From: Narcine bancroftii
Taxonomy: Eukaryota
Length of the DNA: 64,000 bases
Assembly: GCF_036971445.1 (NCBI RefSeq)
Contig: NC_091481.1
Location: 10,540,001-10,604,000 of the forward strand
Direction of reading: 5' to 3'
Positions 1 through 12,669 of this stretch are shown here, piece by piece (within the stretch, counting starts at the first letter, position 1; every line of letters starts with the position of its first letter). The position numbers were made by a program, and so were the translations under genes. Below the pieces are notes generated by a model, which saw only the letters and a program-made list of their open reading frames with translations, did not search any database and had not been told where the DNA came from.

Positions 1-127
1 AAAATGCTGGAGGATCTCAGCAAATCAGTGTACTTTATACCGCAAAGATAAAGATAAATAACATCAGTTATGTATATGAAGTACACTATTTAACCAGCTG
101 AGTTTCTCCAGCATTGTGTTTTTACTT
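1..127. mobile_element. Penelope-derived terminal hairpin repeat (partial)
   Basis: Inverted arms aatgctggaggatctcagc ... gctgagtttctccagcatt; the same family recurs at about 2.1, 22.0, 28.7, 30.5, 47.9, 54.3 and 60.5 kb. Confidence 0.6.
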
Positions 128-777
128 GATTGGTATGACTGTTCTCCAAATACTAGTTATTGGTTTCATTATAAAATAAGACTAACTTTGTTTATTATAA
201 TGACAATATTGTTAAATATAAATGTTAGTAGTCTACTTCTAGATCCGTATTCCTAATGGTCCTGAATTCTACTTAACACATAGTCCTATTTTTGTTTATT
301 TCTCCTCATTTAACCATACAATGTTTCATTACTTGCTTTTCAATTAATTGCTTTCAACTCACACCATAAAAATGCATCTTCCTTTTGCACTGATTTTTCA
401 ATCAACCACGATATTTCACTTCTTAATTTGTAACTCTGTTCCATCATCATTATTTATTAAATTGAATGTTTCTGAAGATTTAGATATAGAATATCATTTG
501 AGAGTTCCTATGTTAGTTCTGTGATCCAAAATGTCATGACCACACAATTTGTCCATAAAGAGACAGAAATTGAGAGCAGGAGTTTGTGGAGGAGCTAGTG
601 GAGTTGTTCAAATGAACCGGTACTGACTTGAAGGGCCGACATGGCCTGTTTCCGTGCTGTAAACGGTTATATGGTTAACATTTCTCAACTAAACCCAAAG
701 GCATGTGTAAAAATATGGATGATCATTCAAAGCTAAATAGGCAGTTAGCCACTATTCTAGAACAAACAATAACTTAC

Positions 778-977
778 CAGCTCCTCATAGTCCTTTGGAT
801 GAGCTGAGGTATAACCATAAGGAATTAGTAAGAGCTGGGAATAGCTATGAATATCAATGAAAACTTTGAAATTTCCATGGTTTGTGACAAAGTCAACAAT
901 GGCTTTGACTTCTTTCTCAGAATTGACAAAAGGTCCGTGGTACGTTGCTGAGCAAGAACTGGAACTGGCTCCAGGCC
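778..977 (-). CDS. CPA1: Procarboxypeptidase A gene A, exon 9 ([67 protein letters not shown]); exons 10-11 lie outside the window
   Basis: 200-nt exon with ag/gtaagt boundaries and the His196 HSYSQ motif; paralog assignment (A1 vs A2) is uncertain. Confidence 0.93.
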
Positions 978-1115
978 CTGTTAATTAAAATGAACGTGTA
1001 AGGTTTACTAAAAACAAAAACTGCAGACGCTTGAAATTTGAAATAAAAATTTTTAAATGTGCAAACACACAACAAGTCACCCAGTATCCATGGAGAGAGA
1101 AATAACATTTCAGAT

Positions 1116-1300
1116 GGCAGAGTTGGCGTAGCAGTTAGCGTAATGCCTTTCCAGTGCCAGCGATCAGGACCAGGGCTCAAATACCATGCTGTCTGCAAGG
1201 AGTTTGTACGTTCTCCTCGTGTCTGTGTGGGTTTTCCCTGGGGGCTCCAGTTTCCTCCCACTATTTGAAACGTACTGGGGGTTGTAGGTTAATTGTATGT
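1116..1300 (+). mobile_element. tRNA-derived SINE (HE1/V-SINE-like)
   Basis: A/B-box-like head plus V-domain-like core ggagtttgtacgttctcctcgtgtctgtgtgggttttcc. Confidence 0.75.
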
Positions 1301-1782
1301 ATATAAAATAAGCTGTTTAGTCTGGTCTTCCCTTAAATCCTTTGTTCATTCATTGTCCATTTAAACACTCAATAATATTCAAGCCGTATCTGACCCCCAG
1401 TTAGCAATAAGTTACAAACAAACCATCCAAACCTATTTCAGCCTGTCAATTATTTTGCTGTTTGTATTTGAAAAATAAGCTTTCATTTGCCTTATCTTTG
1501 TAAAAGAGCGTATCTGCTTTTTTTTCTCTCCATGGGATCCAGATTGCACTGGAAATGGATCTTTATATTCCTTGATCTATATATTGTGAATTAATTTCAA
1601 ATGAGGCTAAGCAGACTGATTGTTACACATTACACAGTTTCCCCATAATTCTTCCGACACTCTCAGTAAAATACTGGAAGTAATATAAATGCAAGGAAAT
1701 GTAAATACTTCATATCTGGATTATCCTGAATTTGCAGTTTTAGAATCCAAAGTTTATATCAGGGTACACAGTGTAGTCTTAC

Positions 1783-1873
1783 CTCCAAAATTAGCATCAA
1801 AATTCCTGTTTGGGTCAACTCCATGACAATTCATGCCAGAATACTTTGACCTGGTCTTGCGCCACAAACGGTT
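1783..1873 (-). CDS. CPA1: CPA gene A exon 8 ([30 protein letters not shown])
   Basis: 91 nt, ag/gtaag; Arg127, Asn144 and Arg145 present. Confidence 0.95.
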
Positions 1874-2079
1874 CTGTTAAAAAATTATTATTTGTACCTA
1901 TTGAACCAGCTTCTAAAATGGAAATTAATCCCATCTTCCATTATCTATTAAATTTCAGAAACTATTACAATCTTTTCTCCCTATTCAATCTTCAGGGCTA
2001 AGGCTAATGCCTGATTCAGTTAATTTCTCAGTGAATTCTGTCTTTCAGACCACTCTACATGCTATGCATCTGGTGAAAC

Positions 2080-2215
2080 ATGGAAGTCTGCAGACGTTGC
2101 GATTGTAGTCAAAACACAAAAATAATGGAGGCACTCAGCCGGTCTTGCAGCATCCATAGGAAGTAAAGATACCTTATCAATGTTTCGGACCTGAGCCCTG
2201 CCTTAAGGTATGAGT
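2080..2215 (-). mobile_element. Penelope-derived terminal repeat with degenerate hammerhead motif
   Basis: Minus strand ctcataccttaaggcagggctcaggtccgaaacattg followed by the family hairpin arm. Confidence 0.55.
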
Positions 2216-3214
2216 GAGTTTAACTGTTTAAACCATATTAGTCTCAACAGAGGCCATACGTCCCACCCCACACAACCCCCCCTCCCAACCTGAGGGATAC
2301 AGCATTGTTTAAGGGGGACTAACATCCTTAAGTGGGGCCCAAGGTGTATAGGAGGCATGGAAACTGAATGGATTAAACATTTTCGCAGAAGGAAAGGACT
2401 CTATTGCAAGGCTTTGCTGTTTAATTGCCATGTAACGTGAGATGTTTTCAAGGTTGGAGACAGCCTAGAATGACAGAAAATTAACAATGTTTCAGAGCGC
2501 TTCTTGCTTTGACTTGATTGTGTTTGACTGACATAGCTTTGACTTTAAATTGCCTTCCACATAGTTTTCCTCATTTGTTCAATTCCAGGATATAAGCATG
2601 CAGCCCAAAATGTTTTGTTCCATATTTCTTGCATCCACAAATGCCCTCATGTTGCTTTGAGTTTTCATGATGGGTAAGTGAACACCTCCTACCTTTTATT
2701 GAAGAAGGTATGTACTGTTCATTTATTTTCCATAAATACTTTTGTAATAGTTAATTTTTGTTACTTTCTGAAATAATTTTACCCATGAATTTCTGGGGAT
2801 AAGGAACTAATGGAGGCCCAAATTATTAGGTGAACCACATTTGGTTTCTAATATTTTACTTATCTGGAAAGGCTAGAAATGGGAGCTTCGGAGTTGTTGG
2901 GTTTGGAGGTGCCCAAGGGATGAAAATAGTTCAGTGATAGAAGGAAAGTCTGAAGCAGATATGTTAAAGAAATGAATGTATGTATTCTTGATGATGGTTA
3001 GAAGAGGTTTTGAAGCTCTGCAATACATTGAATGCAAGACGACAGTAATTTTATTCAGGCTGACAAAGCAACCAAGCTGGTAGAAACAAGGTAAAAAGAA
3101 ATCAAAATGTTCTGCCACTGAGTTCTAACATCATTGCCTTCATCGTTCCATTATTTTGTTTTTATTACTTATTTCTAACATCTGCAGTATTTTGCTTGTG
3201 TTTATTGTACTTAC

Positions 3215-3325
3215 ATAAGTGTGGGTAAAATAGAAACCATCAGGGTTTGTAACAATCTCAAGGTAGAAATCCATTGTTTTCAGGAGTGAAGTTAAAGAAC
3301 TATCACTGCCATACTCACTGGCAAC
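3215..3325 (-). CDS. CPA1: CPA gene A exon 7 (VASEYGSDSSLTSLLKTMDFYLEIVTNPDGFYFTHTY)
   Basis: 111 nt, ag/gtaagt, NPDG motif. Confidence 0.95.
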
Positions 3326-3889
3326 CTTGGTAAGAGACAAAAAAAATTGATTATTTTAGAGCTATTATACAGCAGTGGGACATTGCTCTCTCTAAATTCA
3401 CCCCATAGCTCCTTATTGTTCTGTTGCATTTATCATCTCTGTATCTGAACTTAAATTGTGAGTGTCAGGAGGTTATTTGGCTGTGGAGATGAATGACAGC
3501 CAATCCTCTTCCTGCCCTCATTTGATTTCCACCAAGCATTTTCCAGTAGACTTTCACCAGCCAGTAAACAGCACTACCTACTGCATCTTTTTTTAGGCTC
3601 CATAAGGTTACCCTCAAAAGTGTACACTCTGTTGGAAGTACTCATCTGAAGTTAGGCAGCAGCTACGTTGTGCTTGGGTTACCAATGCTGATTTGATGGG
3701 AATTATGGTGATGTCAAAGGAGAATTCATACCATTTTCCTTCTATCATTACTTTACTTTCATCCCCTCCTTGATTGATTTTGATGGGGCTTACTTGTACA
3801 GAAGAAAGTAATAGGAAAGAGAGTTTTGTAAGATTATACAAAATGAGATCTTGCCATTATTCTTATAAATACATTTGTCTCTACCATAC

Positions 3890-3991
3890 CTTGTTGGCAA
3901 ACCAGAGGGCTGTAGCTGGACTAATCCATTCTCGGGCATGGATTCCAGAATTGATCCAGATAGCAGGTCGGTTGATCCCACCAGTGCTGAA
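3890..3991 (-). CDS. CPA1: CPA gene A exon 6 ([34 protein letters not shown])
   Basis: 102 nt, ag/gtatgg, Zn-binding HxxE (His69/Glu72). Confidence 0.95.
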
Positions 3992-4409
3992 CTGTGGAAA
4001 GACAGGTGAGTGGCATTGTCACAAAGAGTTGGCTAATGGTGAATTGTTTCCTTTAAAATTATTAGGTACTTGTCCTGCATATGTATTATTTGTCTGTATA
4101 TGTCTGGTTGTGTGTCTGTGCGTTTTGTACCGAGAACACTGTTTCATCAGGTTGTACTTGTACAATTAGTTGACAATAAACTTGACTTGATTTTAGGTAA
4201 TTATTTATAGCCAGGGTATCAAATTGGGTGAGATTGTTAGAAGGTGGGTGTATGTAACAAGGCTTTTTTGGAATGTGGACAAGATGAAAGAGTGGCCAAG
4301 TACAGAGGTGGAATATCATGTGGAATGATGAGAAGTTACTCACTTTACAGAAAAACACAGAAAAGCAGAGCACGCTTTTAAAAAGGTTGAATGATTGAGA
4401 ACTGTTGAT

Positions 4410-4658
4410 TTTTAAAAATTTTTTAGACATGCAGCACAGTAACAGGCCCTTTCAGCCCATGAGCCTATGTTGCCCAATTACAACCAATTGACCTACATCC
4501 CAGAATGTTTTTGATAAGTTGGAGGAAACCAGAGCACCCGAGGGAAACCCATGCAGAAATGGGGAGAACGTTCAAACTCTTTATAGACAGCATTGGATTT
4601 GAACCTCGTTTGCTGGCATTGTAACAGCGTTGTGCTAACTGCTACACTAATCATGCCA
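4410..4658 (-). mobile_element. tRNA-derived SINE (HE1/V-SINE-like)
   Basis: Reverse complement of the 1116-1300 family. Confidence 0.7.
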
Positions 4659-5099
4659 CCTTGAAAGGGATCTGGGCACAATACACAAATTCCTGAGAAT
4701 GAGTATGCAGGTGAAACAAGCAATTAGATGGCAAATAGTATGCACTCCTTTTATTTGAATAGAGGAATAAAAATAACATTGCAGTTATATACAATATGAC
4801 CATAGTGAGTAATTGGTACTGTTCTGATCTTGCACACACCTACCATAGTAGAAGTACAATGAAGATTTTTGAGACTGGTTTCAAGGATAGCTAGTTTGCT
4901 GTATGAGGAAAAATTGAACAGACTATGCCTCTATTCTCTCACATTTAGAAGCAGGGAGGAAGTTTCCCCAAGCTCAGAAGTCTACAAATACAGATCTTAA
5001 TCTCAGAAAAGGGGAAATGCAGTTTAGGATTGAAATTAAAAACATTTCTTCATGCAGGGTAGAGTAAACTTTTGGAATTCTCTCCATTATTGCCTCTCA

Positions 5100-6438
5100 T
5101 TGCTGCAGTCAGAGTTTCCACCTGCTTCAAAAGGGCATCAATCATCCTGGAACCCAAGAAGAATAATATGAGCTGCCTCAACAACTACCACCCAGTAGCA
5201 CTCACTTCTACAGTGATGAAATACTTTGAGAAGCGAGTCATGGCCAGAATTAACACATATCTAAGCAAAGATCTGGACACACTGCAATTTGCCAATCATC
5301 AAGATTGCTCAACAGAAGATGCAATATCACTGGCTCTTCACTCAGCTCTAGATCACCTCGAAAAAGGCAATTCATACATGTGGCTGCTCTTCATTGACAA
5401 CAGCTCAGCCTTCAATACCATTATTCCCTCGAGAAGCTACAAACTTTAGGCCTCTGTACCCCCCACTGCAACTGGATCCTTGACTTTCTCATCGGAAGAC
5501 CATAGTCAGTACAAATTGGAAACAATGTCTCCTCTTCACTGATTATCCACATAGATGCACCCCAAGGATGTGGGCTTAGCCCACTGCTCTACTCGTTATA
5601 CACCCATGACTGTGTGGACAGACACAATTTCAATGCCATCTACAAGTTTGTTGATGACACCACAGTTGTCGGCAGAATCACAAGCAGCAATGAGGAGGGA
5701 GAGAGGTCAGCTCGTTGAATGGTGTAACGACAACAACCTTGCGGTCAACATCAGCAAAAACAAGGAGATGATTGTGGACTTCAGGAGGGAGTCATGGGAA
5801 CATGACCCAGTCCTCATTGAGGGCTCATTAATGGAGAGGGTTGAGAAATTCCAATTCCTGGATATCAACATCTCCGAGGATCAGTCCTGAAATCACAAAG
5901 AAGGCTTGCAAGCAGCTATATTTTGTGAGGTTTCTGAGGAGATTTGGAATGTCACCGAAGACTCTCGTAAACTTCTATAGGTGTACTGTGGAGAGCATTC
6001 TGGTTGGTTGCATCACTGCCTGGTATGGAGACGACAACTCTCAGGTCAAGAATAAACTCCAGAGGGTTGTTAACTTGACCTGCGACATCACAGGCACCAG
6101 ACTTCACTCCATCGAGGACATCTACATGAGGCGGTATCTTAGAAAAGCAGCCTCTATCCTCAAAGACCCCCACTTCCCAGGCCATGTCCTCTTTACTCTA
6201 ACACCATCAGGGAAAAGGTGCAGGAGCCTAAAGACGAGCACTCAATGGCACAAGGACAGCTTCTTCTCCGCTGCCATCAGATTCCTGACTAAGACTCTGC
6301 CTTACTTTTCGTGCACTATTATTTTTATATTTTTTATAATAATGTTGTAAGATGGTTATAATGTGAATGTTTGCACTATGATCCTGCTGCAAAACACCAA
6401 ATTTCATGACTTGTTCATAACAATAAATTCTGATTCAG
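5100..6438 (+). mobile_element. Rex1/Babar-type LINE, 5'-truncated and decayed RT
   Basis: Fragmented ORFs CLNNYHPVALTS..LQFA..STEDAI..SSAFNTI and NFYRCTVESIL..ASILKDPH; AATAAA plus microsatellite-like tail. Confidence 0.85.
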
Positions 6439-7266
6439 GTTCAAAGAGCTGCAGTGTCTACCATTAAGTTCCACTGAGATTGGTAAATTTGTAGATATTA
6501 GAAGGATGCAGACAAGTTGCAGGAAATGACAATCAAGTAGATTATGTTTCTTCGAATATGGTAATATCAGTGGTTTGCCATGGTAATAGTGTACATTACT
6601 CCCTTTGGAAAACTTTGGAACATGTGTCATTTCCAATACCTTCTCAATTTAAGATGAAGATATCATGTTTATATCATTACTTTACTCGAAAAGTAAATAA
6701 ACTGCATTATCACCTCTTGTAGCACCAATATCATCATGTCTGGCTATTATAGTGATATTTAGAGGTCTGATTTCATACACTTAGGGGTCAAAAACAAACC
6801 CAAACTTTGTACTATGGTCTCTCCAACATTGGACAGACCTTTGGAGGAGCAGTTCTCCCTGCCTCATTTGAGGTTTATTAATAAATCTACACAATTTACA
6901 AGCATCCAAGAAAAGCAGACCTGGTTCCTGTTCCAATAAAACAGCTATTAAAGGCATAATGTCATCATCCTAGGATGTTGAAATGTTGTTTCATCTGAAA
7001 TCATTTTGAATACTTTGGAGCTTAGTACTCGCTCTCAATGTAAGCTTTTGTTGAAAATGTTCTTTTTTTAAAAAAAAAAGGTCCAATTCCTATGGTGCGG
7101 CACTCTTAGCAAGATATCAAGAAACTCTGAGGACACACTGTGGGGTCTTTATTTTAATCACAGCAGCAAGTTTGTGCCAATTTGTTTGTCAGTTGATGCT
7201 ACATTGTGGGAATTCTGTTCAGATAACACAGGATTCAATGGTAAATCATCACCAGTTTATACCAAC

Positions 7267-7368
7267 CCTGAGGATGTAGATTGGCCGATTTTCAAACGTG
7301 GTACCAATCTGTACCTTGCTGACCAGGTCTGAGTTTGAAGCCACAAATTTGTCCATCCAAGCATAGAT
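7267..7368 (-). CDS. CPA1: CPA gene A exon 5 (IYAWMDKFVASNSDLVSKVQIGTTFENRPIYILR)
   Basis: 102 nt, ag/gttggt. Confidence 0.93.
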
Positions 7369-7972
7369 CTAGGGATGAGATGATGGAAATGAGTCAATTT
7401 GGTTTGTTTTTACCAGTAAGATGACCTTGTATTGTCTCCCTGAATTGTATTTTCTTAGCCAAGAGTACGGGTGATGTCTTTGCATCACTAGGAGGCTGAA
7501 TGGTTTCTAGAAATGGCCTTTCATTTTGGTTTGGAGGTCATTTCCAATCTCCACCTTATAAATTTGGAATTTGACCGCAGTGGTTTTCAAAGTAAGGCAG
7601 AAATCTGCTTGCAACCAATTGCAGCACAGTGAATCTCCAGTAGAATTTGTCACTTGGCCATTCATTGAAACCAAGTTTAAATGATATGAGCATGTGATTT
7701 AAGGATAAAGAAGTCACCAAGAAATCCATCAAAGTCTAATGTCTCTTCATTATTCATGATTGACCAATGGAATGGAGATGGAATATTGAGGATGTCAGCA
7801 TTTGGAGGTGGGGTGAAGTTGATCAGGCATGCAAAACTGAAAACAAAGTCTTTCCTTGAGGTATTATGTTCACATGTCTTGTTTTTCTATCCTACCAGCA
7901 GTGAAATAATTTTTAAAAATCATAACCATTTTATAATTGAAATATTTTTTGGTATTCATTGTTTGACTTTAC

Positions 7973-8071
7973 CTCCTCCAATGTGTGATAAGCAGCATAG
8001 TTGAATGTCTGGGTGCTGCGCTCCTTACGCTGAGACAACAGCATTTCCTTCTGCTCATCGTCCAACAATGC
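7973..8071 (-). CDS. CPA1: CPA gene A exon 4 ([33 protein letters not shown]), activation junction
   Basis: 99 nt, ag/gtaaag; RSTxTFNYxxYH as at the N-terminus of mature CPA1. Confidence 0.93.
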
Positions 8072-8189
8072 CTGAAAGGTCAACAGCAGATCATTGACAC
8101 CCTGATAGTAATATTAACTGTCAATAGAAGAACCAGTGTCAGTTCAGAACAATAAGTATGAAGCATAATGACCAGATGAAAGACTGTAC

Positions 8190-8324
8190 CTGGAGATCTT
8201 CAACCATTATAGAGTAACTAATGCCATGGAACTCCAGGAAAGCTTTCACTGATTGGCTATGTTCACTCGTGACATGGATGTCAATAGGCACCAATGGGCT
8301 GTTGGATTCTTTCCAGATATCTAA
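8190..8324 (-). CDS. CPA1: CPA gene A exon 3 (LDIWKESNSPLVPIDIHVTSEHSQSVKAFLEFHGISYSIMVEDLQ)
   Basis: 135 nt, ag/gtacag; propeptide LDxW..D..V..EDLQ pattern. Confidence 0.93.
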
Positions 8325-9549
8325 CTAATGAAGAGAAATTTATAGTTACTAGCAAGGCTGTAGGCTCTGGCAGAAACAGAAAATTTATCAAACAATGGAA
8401 TGTTTGTTTTGTGCCTTGAGCATTGAACATACAAAAAAGTGCATGTTAAACTAAATATGCACAAGGCATTTTGTGATGCAGCCTGGCAGATCCTTTGGAG
8501 TGCTAGGGGAATGCCTCATTGTTGGAAGTGTTCTTTGAATAGGAATCTGAGGCTACATCTCCCTCAGGTGACTGAGACCACATCTTCCTCTCAGGTGGGC
8601 ATAAATAATTCTTTGCAAATATTTATGCCTCAATGAACTTTGCTAAACCGACCTTGTGATCATTATCAGATTCTGTTTATGGAAGTTTGCTGCATGCAGA
8701 TTGCCACAATAGAGTAAGATAGTTCATTTGGTGTAAAGCATCTTCAGAAGCCCTGATGTTGGGAACAAAGCTAAATAATTCCTGGTTTCATCTTCGTTTG
8801 TCTGGCTGCTGTTCAATATTATGCAGTTTGAGGAATTAATTACAGGAGGTGCAATCACGGTAATGGGAAATGTCCCATGTAGGTCTATGGTTGTACCAAA
8901 GCTGAGGGGTTAAAGTTATGAAGGGAGACTTGAAACACAAGGATTATTTTTTGACTTAGAGTGGTAAAAGTGATAGTGTAAGTTGAAAAGTCGAGATTTT
9001 GAGTGTCTAGGACAAAATGAATAAGAGATTATTTCCAATGGGTGGAGGGTCATTATTGTAGAACTCCCAGAATACTACCCAAAATCTGAAAGTTTCCATT
9101 AATCCTTCTTCGCCATAGTTCAACTGAATCACCTGGATTCCAGTCTTTAGTGTTAAGAGTGTAGAAGGTCTGAACCAGAGCCAAGACTGCACAGGTCCAA
9201 CTTATTTTTTGTATTTATTTACTGTAATGGAAGATTGCCTGAACTATGAAGTGTTTTACTTTAGCGTATAAAACATCAAAGACCTCAGGACAGGTCATCA
9301 GCGGGGTTGAAAAAAAATGGAGAAAAGTTAGTGAAAATCAGAGCATATAGGTATAAAAACACAAACATCTGGAATGATTCAGCTGATCAGGCAGCTTTCT
9401 TTGGATAGAGAAAAATAAACCAGGGCAGTGATACAATTTAGTGTCTACCTCCTTGACTATGCAGGAAAACAAAACTTCAGTGTTTTACCATTGAATTTAC
9501 TTTTATTTGTAATGATTCCATTTATTTATACTCACATGTAGCAACTTAC

Positions 9550-9631
9550 ATGCAAATGCTCTTCTTCCTGAAGGGACCTCACTAGGGCGAGCTGTGCCTC
9601 ATTGTTGACAGTGATCCGTAGAACCTGGTCA
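9550..9631 (-). CDS. CPA1: CPA gene A exon 2 (DQVLRITVNNEAQLALVRSLQEEEHLH)
   Basis: 82 nt, ag/gtaagt, DQVLR motif. Confidence 0.93.
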
Positions 9632-10468
9632 CTGTGTAAGAAAATGAATTGAATCTTTCACACTGATCATTGCCCCACATAAGAGGTCATTCTTCACCAG
9701 CAGCTGAATGTGCAGCATTATGTGCTGAGTATTGGTAGCATCAAGTGACTCATAGCTTTGAGGTCTATGTTCATATGCAGTGAATTGGACATCAGCAGGT
9801 AAACAATTACCTCCAGTTTCACGTTCTTCTTTATATATTGAAAGTAAAGTGTCTAGTCCGGCATAATATATTTTCCCAACTCCATGCCCAATTTCTTCAC
9901 CAAATTCTCCAAGTTTTGGTGAAGCAAGGACGAGATGTAAAATAACACTACCACCATTAATCCATTGATGAGTATATCTGGTATAAACTTTAGAGTACAA
10001 ATTGAAGTCACGTGCTATTCCAAAGCACTGCAAAGGAAAGACTGGAACTACATTTGTAAATGGCCCAGAGTTCTTGTTCCCTTTCTCCAGTTAATCTATG
10101 CTCAGTTCTAAGTCCAGTATGAGTTCAGAGCACACTGAGGTTTGGTGGTGGGATAGGGTGGGGGCAGAGCTCAGGTGAAATTAGTCAGAGAGGTTTGCTG
10201 TGAATCGCCAGCTTATTTTTGAATGGAAGCAATTCTCTGGAGAAGAAACAAGGTTTTTGTGTAAATGACTCCATTCTCTTTGTAGCCATTAATTCAACCT
10301 CACGTGTTTGGGATGTAAATCACCAACCAGTACCATGAAACTGTCAGTAAAAGGGTGTAACGCTGCAGCAAGTGAGTGAACAATAATTCGACACAAGGCA
10401 AGCAAATTCCAGATTCATTGCTTTACCATTTGTCTGGATTCTTATGCTCCACAAAAAAAGTTACTCAC

Positions 10469-10533
10469 CCAATGAATGTCTTCTTGCAATAAACAGCCAG
10501 GAGAAAGATACTGAGGATCAACAGGGCTCTCAT
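10469..10533 (-). CDS. CPA1: CPA gene A exon 1, signal peptide (MRALLILSIFLLAVYCKKTFIG)
   Basis: ATG at 10533, 65 coding nt, gtgagt donor in phase 2 matching exon 2. Confidence 0.93.
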
Positions 10534-10580
10534 TTTCGAAAGGACAGGCAGGAGCTGAAAACGTAGCCTTTTACTAGCCT

Positions 10581-10780
10581 GCTTATAAATGATTTCTTAC
10601 AATAATCTAATCTAAGAGAATGAATGATTTAAAATAAATTAATTACTCTGTACCCTGTGAGAGTTTTGTCTCCCTGCTGTGAAGTTCCCACAGCATAATA
10701 AACAACACCCACAACCCCAGATTTCACCAGTTGGAGTTGACGGAGACACACCTGGTTAAATAGGTCATTATCCCACATGT
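10581..10780 (-). promoter_or_regulatory. CPA gene A promoter: TATA box and candidate PTF1 site
   Basis: TTTATAAG on the minus strand at about 10582-10589; E-box CACCTG at 10749-10754 with TC-box-like TATCCCAC at 10769-10776. Confidence 0.6.
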
Positions 10781-12669
10781 GTTTTCTTCTATCTATCTAT
10801 TTATTCCCATTCCCTGGAATTCAGATTTTTTTTTTTACTGATAAGATGTTTTACAAGGTCACATTAGTATATTTCAATTTTTTTTAAAATATATGAAGCA
10901 TTCTATTTCACTTGTTAATTACTTTGAGCCATGTCTGAAGCTAGCACTGTGTCTCTACCTCAGATACTCTCAATATAGAATGCAAGTTTTCATTTGATAA
11001 TTCTCTTATCTCTGTCCCTCATTCATCTTCCTTTCTCTGCATTCACTCTATGCTCCACTGTTTCCGTCTTACTCTCATCTTTTTCTCTCACTCTGTCTTC
11101 CTTTCATTGCTATCTTTGTTTCTCACAAGCTTTCATCTTTACTCTGTCTTTCGCCCAGTATCTACTGCTTCCGTGGTTTCTTCAGCTTTACCATCATCCC
11201 TTCCACAGCAAACATTTCTTATGGTTTCACCTCTATCACCTGAATCTTACCTTCTTCCAGTTCTAGCTGACTGTCAGTTCACCCCTCTCCTTTCTGTTCT
11301 CATTCTATTTCACACTACATCTCAAACTCCAACTATTCAGAGAAAATTGCAACAAATACCTTTTTTAAAAAAATAATACCCTTCAGTGCTTCTGTTGAGG
11401 GACTGTTTGGAATGTTTGGTTAACATTCACATTTGGAATACAAAATCTGAAAAGAACTTGTCAGTGAAAGGTGATTGAAGAAACTTGCTGAATGTCAGCT
11501 TGTAGTTTCTGCCAGTTCAAAAGCAAATAATTATCTTTCAACTGCAATAGCTTTGTAGGATCACGAAGAAACCAGGTACCTCAATCTGACAAGAACCTAG
11601 GAAAGAACCCTTCGCTGTTCGAATAAGATCCCCAGCATGGAGGAGCAGCTAGATCTTTACATTCCAGCAACCTGTATCCAATCCTGACCTCAGCTACTGC
11701 CTGCACAGATTTATTGTCAGAGTACAAACGTGACATCATACAACCTTGAGATTTATTTTTCCTGCGGGTGTGACCGAATCGTGCAAAAGTAAACTATACA
11801 GAGCATATTTCCTCCCACAACCCCAAATTATGTGGCTTGGTAGGTTAATTGACAACTGTAAAATTGGCCCCTGAAAAGCCTACATCCAAGCTATTTCTCT
11901 CTGTGATTCTCTATGACGTAGTGAGATCCTATCTGGCTTTTTGCCTCTATGAATTTGATTCCACAACTTCCTATTGCATCATCCATCCATCCATCCATCG
12001 TTGCATCATCACTGACACATGTGGCTGCTTAAGTGGTACAATTGTCCTTAAACATGGCTCGTTCTGCAAGAAACTTGCATTTGAACTGGTGTGGATTCAA
12101 ACCTGTTCTTTGCTCAGATGATGTTGGTCAAGGCAGCAGTGTGGGTTCCCATTCTGATTCATTATACACAAGTTTTTCTCAAAACTATAATTGTATGTTA
12201 GCTTCATACTAAATATAAACTGCTTGATCAATTTGCTTACGAGCAGGAAAATGAGGTGGTACGACCCAGCTTGGTCAAGACGATATAACATCACTGTCTT
12301 GGAATTTTTCCCTTTGTGCTTTGTACAAATCCACAGATATTGGTTGCCTCAGGTAACATACTAAATGGTCTTTTCTTGTGTTATAATAGTTGATTGACCA
12401 CTCATTTCCTCTATATCAGCACTTTCCCCTTGATATCATTACCTAGAAGAAGATATCAGCTTTAATCCAGAAAATAGCAACTATCTCCCAGATAATTGAG
12501 GGGTGGAGAATATTCAACATTCCAAAATCTTTTAGTGAGCAGAGGGGAAAGCATTATGGTATTGATACTTGTATCAGTAATGTTAAATCAGTTAAAGAAG
12601 TGGTATATAAAATTTCATAAATCTGTAATCTCTTTCTGAGGTCCAACTAATGTTGATTTATCAGAACGT

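Noticed and set aside
1116-1200. tRNA gene
   Set aside because: The tRNA-like head continues into a SINE body found in several copies; no clean cloverleaf.
10654-10727. Alternative first exon of gene A (KSGVVGVVYYAVGTSQQGDKTLTG|gtacag, phase 2)
   Set aside because: No ATG and a poor signal peptide; 10469-10533 fits far better and has a TATA box.
10994-11376. Hydrophobic plus-strand ORFs resembling membrane proteins
   Set aside because: Translation of a pyrimidine-rich strand; the opposite purine-rich strand explains the bias.
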